Of a stretch of DNA of 64,000 bases, positions 48,342 to 58,133 are shown in pieces (the first letter of the stretch is position 1; the number at the start of each line of letters is the position of its first letter). Position numbers and translations under genes: made by a program. The notes below the pieces were generated by a model. It saw only the letters and a list, made by a program, of their open reading frames with translations. It had not been told where the DNA came from and ran no database searches. Source of the stretch: Alphaproteobacteria bacterium (GTDB lineage: Bacteria > Pseudomonadota > Alphaproteobacteria > GCA-2731375); assembly GCA_965232515.1 (NCBI GenBank), contig CBDDPY010000002.1, positions 5,952,001 to 6,016,000 of the forward strand, given 5' to 3'.

Positions 48342-49265
48342 ATGAGTATGCTCACCAACCCCACGATCGTGTTCCTGCAGTTCATGAACTCGATCTCGCT
48401 GGGGATGAACCTGTTCATCATCGCCGCCGGCCTGACGCTGATTTTCGGCGTGCTGCGGGTGATCAACTTCGCCCACGGCGTTTTCTTCATGTTCGGCGCC
48501 TATGTCTGCTATTCGGTCGTCAGCCGCATGGCCGAAACGGCGGGCGCGTTCTGGCTCGGCGTGATTGCCGCCGGCGCGGCCCTGGCGGTGATCGCCTTCG
48601 TCATCGAGCGCGGGCTGCTGCATTACCTTTACGATAAAGAGCATCTGATGCAGCTCTTGTTCACCTTCGCCATCGTGCTGATCATGGGCGATCTGGCAAA
48701 GATGATCTGGGGCACCGATCAGTACAGCGTGCCGAAGCCGGAGGGCCTGAAAGGCGCGGTCGATTTCAGCTTCGGCGCCGATCTGGCCATGCCGCTGCTG
48801 TATCCGGCCTATCCCCTGATGCTGTGCGTGCTGGGGCCGGTGGTGGCGATCGGCATGTGGCTGGTGCTGTCGAAGACCCGCTGGGGCCGGGTGATCCGCG
48901 CCGCGACCCAGGATCGGGAAATGCTGGCGGCGCTGGGCATGAACGTGCCGCTGGTCTACACCGCCGTGTTCGTCGCCGGCTCGGCGCTGGCCGGCATCGG
49001 CGGCGCGCTCGCCGCGCCCCGTGTCGCGGTGTCGCCCGGCATGGACGTCACCATCATCGTCGAGTGTTTCATCATCGTCATCATCGGCGGGCTTGGCAGC
49101 CTCTGGGGCAGCTTCCTGGGCGCGCTGATTCTGGGCTTCGTCAACAGCTTCGGCATCATGATCTTCCCGAACTGGGAGCTGGTGCTGAGCTACGTGCTGA
49201 TGCTGCTGGTGCTGCTCTGGCGGCCCTGGGGCCTGTTCGGCCAGCCGGAAGCGGACGGCCACTGA
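48342..49265 (+). CDS. Liv-type ABC permease (LivH-like)
   Basis: GLTLIFG..RVINFAHG, IIGGLGS, RPWGLFG. Confidence 0.9.
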   Translation: MSMLTNPTIVFLQFMNSISLGMNLFIIAAGLTLIFGVLRVINFAHGVFFMFGAYVCYSVVSRMAETAGAFWLGVIAAGAALAVIAFVIERGLLHYLYDKEHLMQLLFTFAIVLIMGDLAKMIWGTDQYSVPKPEGLKGAVDFSFGADLAMPLLYPAYPLMLCVLGPVVAIGMWLVLSKTRWGRVIRAATQDREMLAALGMNVPLVYTAVFVAGSALAGIGGALAAPRVAVSPGMDVTIIVECFIIVIIGGLGSLWGSFLGALILGFVNSFGIMIFPNWELVLSYVLMLLVLLWRPWGLFGQPEADGH

Positions 49266-50200
49266 TGGTGATGCCCCGCAGCACGGCTGTTGTCGTCGTC
49301 CTCGTCCTCGCCGGCCTGCTCCTGGTGCCGGTGCTGGGCTCGAACTACCTCGTCGATCTCTCGACCGAGATCCTGATCTACATGCTGTTCGCGCTGAGCC
49401 TGAACGTGCTGATCGGCTATTCCGGCAACGTCTCGTTCGGGCACGCGGCATACTTCGCCATCGGCGGTTATACCTGCGCCATCCTGCTGACGACCTATGA
49501 ATGGCCGCTGCTGCTGGCGTTCCCGGCGGCGGTGCTGTTGAGCGGTCTCGCCGCGGCGTTCGTGGGCTATTTCTGCGTCAAGCTGACCGATATCTATTTC
49601 GCCATGCTGACGCTGGCGTTCGCCATGTTCGTCTGGGCCGTCGCCTTCAAGTGGCGCGATATGACGGGCGGCGACGACGGTTTCGTCGGCGTCACCGTGC
49701 CGGCGCTGATCGAGGGCCGGGTGCCGTACTTCTATTTCACGCTGGTCGTCGTCAGCATATCGATCGCGCTGTTGTGGGTGATCTGCCATTCCGCCTTCGG
49801 CCGCACGCTGGTGGCGGTGCGCGAGAACCGCACGCGGGCCGGCTTCGTCGGCGTCAACACGCGGGCCATGCGGCATGTGGCCTTCGTGGTCGCCGGCACG
49901 TTCGCCGGAATCGCCGGCGCGCTGCTGGCCATGTACAACCACGGCATGTACGTGGAATCGGCCTTCTGGACGGAATCGGCGCAGGTCCTGATCATGACGC
50001 TCTTGGGCGGCATGTATTCGTTCTTCGGCCCGGCCATGGGCGCGGCGCTGCTGTATCTCCTGAACGTGTTCACCATTCAGTACACCGAATACTGGCCGAC
50101 GGTGCAGGGCGTGATCCTGCTGATCATCCTGCTGTTCGTGCCGGAGGGCGTGGTCGGCCTGGGTCAGAAGATCCGGCAGCAGCTGGCGAAGGCGGGCTGA
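49265..50200 (+). CDS. Liv-type ABC permease (LivM-like)
   Basis: GYSGNVSFGHAAYF, YFAMLTLAF, TGGDDG, REN; ATG overlaps the upstream TGA. Confidence 0.9.
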   Translation: MVMPRSTAVVVVLVLAGLLLVPVLGSNYLVDLSTEILIYMLFALSLNVLIGYSGNVSFGHAAYFAIGGYTCAILLTTYEWPLLLAFPAAVLLSGLAAAFVGYFCVKLTDIYFAMLTLAFAMFVWAVAFKWRDMTGGDDGFVGVTVPALIEGRVPYFYFTLVVVSISIALLWVICHSAFGRTLVAVRENRTRAGFVGVNTRAMRHVAFVVAGTFAGIAGALLAMYNHGMYVESAFWTESAQVLIMTLLGGMYSFFGPAMGAALLYLLNVFTIQYTEYWPTVQGVILLIILLFVPEGVVGLGQKIRQQLAKAG

Positions 50201-50203
50201 GCC

Positions 50204-50959
50204 ATGGCGGTGCTTGAGATCGACACGGTTCACAAGAACTTCGGCGGCTTCGTCGCCATCAACGACGTGAGCTTCGAGCTGGCGGAGGGCGAGACCCACG
50301 CCATCATCGGCCCGAACGGCGCCGGCAAGACGACGTTTTTCAATCTCATTACCGGCCACCTGCAGCCGGATCACGGCAGCGTCACGTTCGACGGTCGGGC
50401 GATCACCGGCATGGCGCCGCACAAGATCGTCAAGCTGGGCCTGGCGCGCTCGTTCCAGCGCATCAACATCTATCCGCGCATGAGCGTGTTCGAGAACGTG
50501 CAGGTCGCGCTGATCGCCCGCGACGCCATGCACTTCAAGCTGTTCACGCTGGGCGCGGCGCTGAACCGGGACGAGACCTCGGAGCTGCTGGCATTGGTCG
50601 GCCTTGGCGACGAGGCCAACGAAGTGGCCGGCGAGCTCGCCTACGGCAAACAGAAGCAGCTGGAGCTGGCGATCGCGCTGGCGGCCAATCCGAAGGTGCT
50701 GTTGCTGGACGAGCCGACGGCGGGCATGTCGCCGCAGGAAACGACGGAGTCGATCCGGCTGATCGAGCAGATCACCGAGGCGCGCGGCCTGACGCTGCTG
50801 TTTACCGAGCACGACATGGGCGTGGTGTTCGGTATCGCCGACCGGATCTCGGTGCTGCATCACGGCGTGATCATCGCGTCGGGCAAGCCGGACGAGGTGC
50901 GCAACGACGAGGAAGTCCGGCGGGTTTATCTGGGCGGGTCGAGCCATGCCGCAGCTTGA
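50204..50959 (+). CDS. Liv-type ABC ATPase (LivG-like)
   Basis: GPNGAGKTT, ARSFQ, LDEPTAG, EHDM, VYLG. Confidence 0.92.
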   Translation: MAVLEIDTVHKNFGGFVAINDVSFELAEGETHAIIGPNGAGKTTFFNLITGHLQPDHGSVTFDGRAITGMAPHKIVKLGLARSFQRINIYPRMSVFENVQVALIARDAMHFKLFTLGAALNRDETSELLALVGLGDEANEVAGELAYGKQKQLELAIALAANPKVLLLDEPTAGMSPQETTESIRLIEQITEARGLTLLFTEHDMGVVFGIADRISVLHHGVIIASGKPDEVRNDEEVRRVYLGGSSHAAA

Positions 50960-51650
50960 AGTTCGCGACATCCATACGTCCTATGGCTTGAGCCAGGTGC
51001 TGTTCGGCATCTCGTTCGACGTGGCGGAAGGCGAGATCGTCTCGCTGATCGGGCGCAACGGTGTCGGTAAGTCGACGACCATGCGCAGCGTCATCGGCCT
51101 GACGCCACCGCGGGCCGGCAGCGTCAGCTGGCTGGGCCGGAACATCACCGGCATGCCGACGCACAGGATCTCGAAGCTGGGCATCGGCTTCGTGCCGGAG
51201 GACCGGCGCATCTTTCCCGACCTCAGCGTCTGGGAGAACCTGGACATCGCCCGCCGGCCGGCGGCGAACGGCGCCGGCTGGGACGAGGAGCGGGTATTCG
51301 AGCTGTTCCCGGATCTGGCCGAGATCCGCGACCGTCGCGGCGGCGTGTTGAGCGGCGGCCAGCAGCAGATGCTGACCATCGCCCGCAGCCTGATGGGCAA
51401 TCCGACACTGCTGCTGCTGGACGAGCCGTCGGAGGGTTTGGCGCCGCTGGTAGTCGAGGCCGTGCGCGACCGCATCGCGCAGCTGAAGCAGTCCGGTTTG
51501 TCGATCGTACTGGCCGAACAGAACCTCGATTTCGTGCTGTCGCTGAGCGACCGGCTGCACATCCTGGAGAAGGGCGAGATCAAGTTCACCGGGACGCCCG
51601 ACGACCTGCGTGCCAGCCCCGAGGTGCTGGAGAAATACCTGACGGTGTGA
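50946..51650 (+). CDS. Liv-type ABC ATPase (LivF-like)
   Basis: GRNGVGKST, VPEDRRIF, LSGGQQQML, DEPSEGLAP, EQN. Confidence 0.92.
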   Translation: MPQLEVRDIHTSYGLSQVLFGISFDVAEGEIVSLIGRNGVGKSTTMRSVIGLTPPRAGSVSWLGRNITGMPTHRISKLGIGFVPEDRRIFPDLSVWENLDIARRPAANGAGWDEERVFELFPDLAEIRDRRGGVLSGGQQQMLTIARSLMGNPTLLLLDEPSEGLAPLVVEAVRDRIAQLKQSGLSIVLAEQNLDFVLSLSDRLHILEKGEIKFTGTPDDLRASPEVLEKYLTV

Positions 51651-51653
51651 GGC

Positions 51654-52451
51654 ATGACGGCGACGGACGATAGCGTGCTGGTGTCCCGTGACGCCGCGCT
51701 CGCCGTGGTCACGCTCAACCGGCCGGACAAGCTCAATCCGCTGGACTGGCCGACGGTGCAACGGCTGAAGGCCGTCGTCGGCGAGCTGGAGGCGGCGGCC
51801 GGGATCCGCGTCGTCATCGTCACCGGCGCCGGCAAGGCGTTTTCCGCCGGCGGGGACCTTACCGGCTATCTCGAGCTCTACCGGCGGCCGGACGACTTCC
51901 ACGCGTTCCTGAATGACTTCTACGATCTCTGCGTCGGCATCGAACGCTCGACCAGGATCTATATCGCGGCCGTCAACGGCGTGACGGTGGCCGGCGGTCT
52001 GGAACTGATGCTGTGCTGCGATCTGGTGCTGGCGGCGGTGGACGCGAAGATCGGCGACGGGCACATCAACTTTGCCCAGGTGCCGGGCGCGGGCGGTTCG
52101 CAGCGATTGCCACGCGCGGTCGGCGCGCTACGGGCAAAACAGCTGATGCTGACGGGCGAGCTGTTGCACGCCGATGCGGCCGCCGACATCGGTCTGGTGA
52201 ACAAGGTGGTGTCGGGCGACGGCCTCATGGACGCCGCGCGGGAACTCGCCGCCGATCTGCTGACGAAAAGCCCGACCGCGCTCAAGGGCATGAAGTATCT
52301 GGTGAACCGGGGCCTGCAGACTGATCTCGACGCCGGCCTGCAGTTGGAGATCGCGTACACCCACAACTATGCGACGGGGGAGCCGGACGCGATGGAAGGC
52401 CTGCGGGCGTTCGCGGAAAAACGCAAACCCATCTTCAAGGACGCCGGCTGA
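51654..52451 (+). CDS. Enoyl-CoA hydratase/isomerase family protein
   Basis: LNRPDKLN, FSAGGD, AGGLE, PGAGGSQRL. Confidence 0.9.
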   Translation: MTATDDSVLVSRDAALAVVTLNRPDKLNPLDWPTVQRLKAVVGELEAAAGIRVVIVTGAGKAFSAGGDLTGYLELYRRPDDFHAFLNDFYDLCVGIERSTRIYIAAVNGVTVAGGLELMLCCDLVLAAVDAKIGDGHINFAQVPGAGGSQRLPRAVGALRAKQLMLTGELLHADAAADIGLVNKVVSGDGLMDAARELAADLLTKSPTALKGMKYLVNRGLQTDLDAGLQLEIAYTHNYATGEPDAMEGLRAFAEKRKPIFKDAG

Positions 52452-52455
52452 CGTC

Positions 52456-53613
52456 ATGTGGCAACTGCGGGACAAATACGCCATCGCCGGGGTCGGCTAT
52501 ACGGCCTATTCCAGCAATTCCGGCGTCACGGTGCGCGACCTGGCGCTGGAGGCGTGCGGCGGGGCGATGGCGGATGCCGGGCTGACGCCGGCCGACATCG
52601 ATGGCGTCGTCAGCTTCAACTTCAACGACTCGGTGCCGGCGATGGCGGTGGCGACGGGGCTCGGCCTGCCGGGCGCACGCTATGCGATCGACTATCAGGC
52701 CGGCGGCAACGCGGCGAACCTGATCGTGCAGACCGCGGCGATGGCGATCGAGGCGGGCCTCGCGACCAACGTGCTCTGCTATCGCGCCATGAACGGGCGG
52801 TCGGGCTTTCGTCTGGGCGGCGGGCGAGAGCTGGCGGCGCACGGCATCACGCAATACACCGCGCCCTACGGCTGGATCAGCTATCCGCAGGCCATGGCCA
52901 TGTGGTGCCGGCGCCACATGATCGAGTACGGCACCACCAGCGAACAGCTCGGCGCGGTGGCCGTCACCTGCCGGCGGAACGCGGCGCTGAACGAACGGGC
53001 CATGCAGCGGCAGCCGATCACACTCGACGATCATCAGGCCTCGCGCATGATCGTGGAGCCGTTCCACCTGCTGGACATCTGTCTGGAGACCGACGGCGCC
53101 TGCGCCGTGCTGGTGACCTCGGCCGAGCGCGCCCGCGACCTGGCGCAGAGGCCGGTCTACATCATGGGCGCGGCCTATGGCGGCGGGCCGAACCAGGGCG
53201 ACGACCTGTTCGACGCCATGCGCTGGCCCGACCACAGCCACAACTATGCGCGCTATATCGCCGACGACCTCTGGGCCAGCGCCGGCGTCGGGCCGGACGA
53301 CGTCGACGTGGCCGAGATCTACGACTGCTTCACCTACAGCGTGATCATGCAGTTGGAGGGCCTGGGCTTCTGCAAGCCGGGCGAGGGCGGCGCCTTCGTG
53401 CAGGACGGCCGCATCGACCGCGACGGTGCCTTGCCGGTCAACACCCATGGCGGCCTGCTGTCGGAAGCCTATATCCATGGCCTCAACCACGTGGTCGAGG
53501 CGGTCGAGCAGTTGCGCGGACAGGCCGGCACGCGGCAGGTCGACGGCGCCGAGATCGCGCTGACCACGGCCGGCGCCATGACCTGCGGCGGCGCCATGGT
53601 CTTGCGGAATTGA
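52456..53613 (+). CDS. Thiolase-fold SCPx/Ltp2-like protein (probable retro-aldolase)
   Basis: ETDGACA, IYDCFT, NTHGGLLSEAYIHG, QLRG; no nucleophilic Cys in the usual loop. Confidence 0.85.
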   Translation: MWQLRDKYAIAGVGYTAYSSNSGVTVRDLALEACGGAMADAGLTPADIDGVVSFNFNDSVPAMAVATGLGLPGARYAIDYQAGGNAANLIVQTAAMAIEAGLATNVLCYRAMNGRSGFRLGGGRELAAHGITQYTAPYGWISYPQAMAMWCRRHMIEYGTTSEQLGAVAVTCRRNAALNERAMQRQPITLDDHQASRMIVEPFHLLDICLETDGACAVLVTSAERARDLAQRPVYIMGAAYGGGPNQGDDLFDAMRWPDHSHNYARYIADDLWASAGVGPDDVDVAEIYDCFTYSVIMQLEGLGFCKPGEGGAFVQDGRIDRDGALPVNTHGGLLSEAYIHGLNHVVEAVEQLRGQAGTRQVDGAEIALTTAGAMTCGGAMVLRN

Positions 53614-53617
53614 GGCG

Positions 53618-54034
53618 ATGACGGTTTACGGCAAACCGGTGCCGGCGCCCGATGCCGACAGCGCGCCATACTGGCAGGGCTGTCGCGAGCACCGGCTGCT
53701 GATCCAGAAATGCGGCGGCTGCGGCGCGGTTCGCTTTCCGCCTGCTGGTTTGTGTCCGGACTGCGGTTCGGCCGCGCACGACTGGATCGCGACGAGCGGT
53801 CAGGGCCGAGTCTATAGCTGGATCGTCGTCACGCATCCCGTGCCGAAGGACATCTATGCCGGCGACGTGCCGTACGTGGTCGCGCTGGTCGAACTGGAAG
53901 AAGGCGTGCGGCTGCCGACCAACATCGTCGCGTGCGATCCGCACGACGTGACGGCCGACATGCCGGTCGAGGTGGTGTTCGACGATGTCGATGACACGCT
54001 GACCTTGCCGAAGTTCCGACCCTTGTCGGACTGA
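53618..54034 (+). CDS. DUF35 Zn-ribbon/OB-fold protein (ChsH2-like)
   Basis: CGGC..CPDC, G.VYSW, PYVVALVELEEG, LPKFRP. Confidence 0.9.
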   Translation: MTVYGKPVPAPDADSAPYWQGCREHRLLIQKCGGCGAVRFPPAGLCPDCGSAAHDWIATSGQGRVYSWIVVTHPVPKDIYAGDVPYVVALVELEEGVRLPTNIVACDPHDVTADMPVEVVFDDVDDTLTLPKFRPLSD

Positions 54035-54047
54035 GACGGAGGTTTTC

Positions 54048-54668
54048 ATGGCCTGGACACTGACGCCGGCCGAAGCGGCGCTGCTGATCGTCGACATGCA
54101 GAACGACTTCGTGCGTGTCGGGGCGCCGCTGGAGGTGCCGGATGCGCGTGACACCATTCCGGCGCACCGAGCGCTGATCGAGGCGTTTCGCGCCGCCGGG
54201 CGGCCGGTAATTTACACGCGGTTCCTGTCGCGGCCCGAGGAATACCTGCTGTGGGAATGGTCGCCGCAATGCCGGCCGCCGACCAAGTGCTGCTGGAAGG
54301 GGCATCGGCGCGGCTATGGCGACATCGACGGCGAGCGCGATTGCAGCGCGGTGATCGACGAACTGGAACCGCTGCCGGACGACCTTCAGGTCGAGAAGTA
54401 CGGCTATGGCGCGTTTCATGACACCGATCTCGATGCGCGGCTGCGGGCGTTGGGCGTGACCGAACTGGTGGTCACCGGGACAGTCACGCAGATATGCGTC
54501 GAGGAGACGGCGCGGGAAGCGTTCCACTACGGCTATCGCACGACGATGGTCGCGGACGCGGTGTCGTCCTTCGATCCGGAGCTGCACGCGGCGACGCTGA
54601 AGAACTTCGCGATGAAGTTTGGGTGGGTGGCGGTGGCGGGCGAGGTCTGCGAGCGGATGAGGCGTTAG
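54048..54668 (+). CDS. Cysteine hydrolase (isochorismatase/amidase family)
   Basis: D-K-C triad: VDMQNDF, EKYGYGAF, TQICVEET. Confidence 0.9.
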   Translation: MAWTLTPAEAALLIVDMQNDFVRVGAPLEVPDARDTIPAHRALIEAFRAAGRPVIYTRFLSRPEEYLLWEWSPQCRPPTKCCWKGHRRGYGDIDGERDCSAVIDELEPLPDDLQVEKYGYGAFHDTDLDARLRALGVTELVVTGTVTQICVEETAREAFHYGYRTTMVADAVSSFDPELHAATLKNFAMKFGWVAVAGEVCERMRR

Positions 54669-54706
54669 AGGTTCTCCTGCGATCCGCAGGTTTTGGCAAC
54701 TCAGTT

Positions 54707-54831
54707 GCCCTCACCCCAACCCTCTCCCGCAAGCGGGAGAGGGGGCCGCCACTACTTCGAAATAGTTACCCCTCTCCCGTTTACGGGAGAGGGAGGGACC
54801 CGCGAGCGTCAGCTCGTGGGAGGGTGAGGGC
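54707..54831. repeat. REP composite, family B
   Basis: GCCCTCACCCCAACCCTCTCCCGCAAGCGGGAGAGGG...CCCTCTCCCGTTTACGGGAGAGGG...GGGTGAGGGC. Confidence 0.9.
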
Positions 54832-54837
54832 GACGAC

Positions 54838-55896
54838 TTACGGGCACTCGCCGGTATAGGCCGCCTGTAACATCGCGCGCACCCCGGCGATGTCGAGCGG
54901 CCGGGGGTTGTACTTCGTGTGCTCGACGACGAGGGCGGCGGCGCGGTCGAGGTCGTGTTCGCTGAGGCCGAGATCGGCGAGGCGCATGGGCACGCCCATG
55001 CCGGCGGCGAGGTCGTAGATCGCCGTCGCAGTATTTTCCGCACCCATGGCGTGGGCGACGCGGGCCAGCGGTTCGGCGGCGGCCTCGGCATTGAACTTGG
55101 CGGCGTGCGGCAGGATGACCGAATTGGCCTCGCCGTGGCCGATGCCGAAGGTGCCGCCGAGCACGTGGCAGGTGGCGTGGTGCACGGCGACGCCGGTGAC
55201 GCCGATGACGGTGCCGGCGAGATAGGCGCCGTAGAGCGCGTCCTCGCGCGCGGACAAATCGTTCGGGTCGCGCACGGCCGCCGGTAAGCCTTTGGTCAGG
55301 TGGCGGATGCCGGCCTCGGCGAACATCCCGATCACCGGGTTCGGGGTTTCGGCGTAGAGCGCTTCGACGCAGTGCGCGAGCGCGTTCATGCCGCTGGGGC
55401 CGGTGACGTCGGGCGGCACGCCGACATGCAGGCCGGGATCGTAGATCACCAGCTTGGGCAGCACGCGCAGGTCGCGGACCACCCGCTTGACGCCGTCGCG
55501 GGTGATGCCGATCAGCGGCGTCATCTCTGAGCCGGAATAGGTCGTTGGGATGGCGATGGCGTCGATACCGTCGACCGCTAGCGCCGTGGTCTTGGCGAGG
55601 CCCACCGCGCCGCCGCCGCCGATCGCGACGGCGCAATCGACGCCGCGGTCGCGGGCGAGGTCGGCGATTTCGTCCACCAGTTCGCCTGGCGTGTGCGCCA
55701 CGACGCCGTGGACGTGGCCGGCGCCGCGCTCGCCGAGCGCCGCGAGGCGCTCGGCCACCCAGTCGCGCCAGCGGGGGCTAGCGATGAACAGCACGCGCCG
55801 GCGGCCGAGCCGGTCCAGTTCCTCGAGTAGCCGCTCGGCCCCGCCGGTCTCGAAGACGACGCGGCCCGGCAGGATGTCGTAGGTGAACGGCTGCAC
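54838..55896 (-). CDS. Maleylacetate reductase-like iron-containing ADH family enzyme
   Basis: IGGG, IPTTYSGSEMT, SGMNALAHCVEALY, HH..CHVLGG, YNPRP. Confidence 0.88.
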   Translation of the reverse strand: MQPFTYDILPGRVVFETGGAERLLEELDRLGRRRVLFIASPRWRDWVAERLAALGERGAGHVHGVVAHTPGELVDEIADLARDRGVDCAVAIGGGGAVGLAKTTALAVDGIDAIAIPTTYSGSEMTPLIGITRDGVKRVVRDLRVLPKLVIYDPGLHVGVPPDVTGPSGMNALAHCVEALYAETPNPVIGMFAEAGIRHLTKGLPAAVRDPNDLSAREDALYGAYLAGTVIGVTGVAVHHATCHVLGGTFGIGHGEANSVILPHAAKFNAEAAAEPLARVAHAMGAENTATAIYDLAAGMGVPMRLADLGLSEHDLDRAAALVVEHTKYNPRPLDIAGVRAMLQAAYTGECP

Positions 55897-55901
55897 GAAC
55901 G

Positions 55902-57092
55902 CTATTCCGCCGGGACGGCGCTGACCTGCTTGGGCTTCGCCCCCGGCAGGGTGAGGGCGGCCAGGAACTCCATGGCCCCAACGACGGCCAGCACGGCGAA
56001 CAGCGTCGCGAAGCCGGTGGTCTCGTGCATGATGCCGACAAGCGGTACGGCCGACGCGCTGACGCCGAGCGCGAAGACGTACTTGAAGGCATAGACCCGG
56101 CTGCGCCAGGCGCTGACGCTGTGCCGGGCGATCAGCGCGTCGTTGATGGGGATCAGGCCGAAGACCACGCTCATCATGATCAGCGCCGTCGCGAACATCG
56201 GCAGGTCGACGAACTGTACGACAAGGAACAAGAGCGGCACCTGGAAGAAGGTCAGCACCACGAAGACCGGCTTGATGGCGTAGCGGTCGATCAGGTGGCC
56301 GACGGCGATTTGTGTAAATGCGGCGACGGCGAAGACGATGCCGACGATCAGGCCGACGTCGGAGGCGCTGTCGGCGAGGCCGCGGGCCTGCTCTTCGACG
56401 ACCTTCGGCAGCGAGACGGTGGTGGCCTGGAAGATCAGGCCGCCCAGCAGCGTCGCGGCGCCGATCACGGCGAAGACCCGGATCAGGACGGCGCGGTCCA
56501 GGACGGGGTCGGGCGCGGCGGCTTTCTTTGCGCCGCCATGACGGCCGTCGGCACGGGCGAACGCGAGGAACAGAACGCCGACGACGACGGAGACGACGCC
56601 CGGTACAATAAAGGCGGCCCGCCAGCTGATCAGGTCGATGAGAAAGCCGGTGATCAGGCCGGCGCCGGCGACGCCCATATTGCCGAACACGCCGTTGATG
56701 CCGAGCACGCGGCCGACCTTCTCGCGACCCTCGACGACCATGGCGATGCCGACGGGGTGGTAGATCGAGGCGAAGATACCGATCAGCAGCAGGCCGCCGC
56801 CGACCTGCAGCGGCGTCTGGGCGAAGCCGGTGACGATCGAAGCCAGACCGATGCCGATGAAGAACACCACCATCATGCCGTCGCGGCTCCAGCGGTCGCC
56901 GAGCCAGCCGGCCGGCAGCGCGCCGGCGCCGAAGGCGACGAATCCGGCGGTCGCCAGCGGCAGCAGGGCGCCATAGGTGGTGTCGAACTCCACCACCATT
57001 GCCAGCACGGCGGTGGCGAAGATCAGCATGAACAGATGATCGAAGAAATGGCCGGCGTTGAGAAACAGCAGCCGGATGACACTCCGGTCCAT
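55902..57092 (-). CDS. MFS transporter
   Basis: NAGHFFDH, GWLGDRWSR, ASIYHPVG; twelve TM helices. Confidence 0.9.
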   Translation of the reverse strand: MDRSVIRLLFLNAGHFFDHLFMLIFATAVLAMVVEFDTTYGALLPLATAGFVAFGAGALPAGWLGDRWSRDGMMVVFFIGIGLASIVTGFAQTPLQVGGGLLLIGIFASIYHPVGIAMVVEGREKVGRVLGINGVFGNMGVAGAGLITGFLIDLISWRAAFIVPGVVSVVVGVLFLAFARADGRHGGAKKAAAPDPVLDRAVLIRVFAVIGAATLLGGLIFQATTVSLPKVVEEQARGLADSASDVGLIVGIVFAVAAFTQIAVGHLIDRYAIKPVFVVLTFFQVPLLFLVVQFVDLPMFATALIMMSVVFGLIPINDALIARHSVSAWRSRVYAFKYVFALGVSASAVPLVGIMHETTGFATLFAVLAVVGAMEFLAALTLPGAKPKQVSAVPAE

Positions 57093-57275
57093 GGCGCGCG
57101 CCCCTTGTTGTTGCCCCATTGTCGGCCAGTTTGCCGGAATTCGGAACGGCGATCTCGCGGCATCATGCCAATAAATATCGCGTTTCCGCCAAACCTGTTG
57201 TTTCCGGCCGCGCGCCGTTCCGCGATAGAATGCCGGCGGGACCCAATCAGGCAACGGATGCGGCGGAGGAATGAC

Positions 57276-58130
57276 ATGGCGTATGAGACCATCGAGGTGC
57301 GGCCGATCGCGGGCGCGTTGGGCGCCGAGGTATCCGGCGCCGATCTGTCGGCCCCGCTCGGCAACCAGGTCTTCGCCGAGATCCATCAGGCATTTCTCGA
57401 CTATCAGGTGGTCTTTTTTCGTGACCAGACGCTGACGCCCGAGCAGCAGAAGACGTTTACCCGCCGCTTCGGCCCGTTCGGCGAAACGCCGTTCGTCACG
57501 ACATTGCCCGACCATCCCGAGATCATCGAGGTGGTGAAGGAGACGGACGACCGCACGGCCTACAATTTCGGCGGCAACTGGCATTCCGATTTCAGCTTCC
57601 AGCCGCAGCCGCCGATGGCGACGGTGCTCTATAGCCGCGAGGTGCCGCCCTATGGCGGCGATACGCTGTTCGCCAACATGTATCTCGCCTACGAGACGCT
57701 GACGCCGGGCATGCGGCGTATCGCCGACGATCTGATCGGCATCCACAGCGCGCGGCGGTCCTATTCGCCGGCCGCGCAATACCAGCACGACCAGCTGAGC
57801 GCCATGGAGGTCAAGACCGACGACAGCGCCTATGAGACGGTCGAGCATCCCGTCGTGCGCACGCACCCGGAGACGGGGCGCAAGGCGCTGTTCATCAACA
57901 AGGTCTACACGGTCGGCCTGAAGGGTTTTTCAAAGACCGAGGGCGCGGCCCTGCTCGACCTGCTCTGCCGGCATGCCGAGCGGCCGGAGCTGACCTGCCG
58001 GTTTTCCTGGACCCAGGGCGCGCTCGCCATGTGGGACAATCGCTGTGTCCAGCACTTCGCCGTCAACGACTACGACGGCTACCGCCGGGTCATGCACCGC
58101 ACCACGATCGCCGGCGAGCCGCCGGTCTGA
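57276..58130 (+). CDS. TauD/TfdA family 2-oxoglutarate-dependent dioxygenase
   Basis: WHSD, GGDTLFA, HPVVRTHPETGRK, WDNR..QH, R.MHR. Confidence 0.93.
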   Translation: MAYETIEVRPIAGALGAEVSGADLSAPLGNQVFAEIHQAFLDYQVVFFRDQTLTPEQQKTFTRRFGPFGETPFVTTLPDHPEIIEVVKETDDRTAYNFGGNWHSDFSFQPQPPMATVLYSREVPPYGGDTLFANMYLAYETLTPGMRRIADDLIGIHSARRSYSPAAQYQHDQLSAMEVKTDDSAYETVEHPVVRTHPETGRKALFINKVYTVGLKGFSKTEGAALLDLLCRHAERPELTCRFSWTQGALAMWDNRCVQHFAVNDYDGYRRVMHRTTIAGEPPV

Positions 58131-58133
58131 CCT

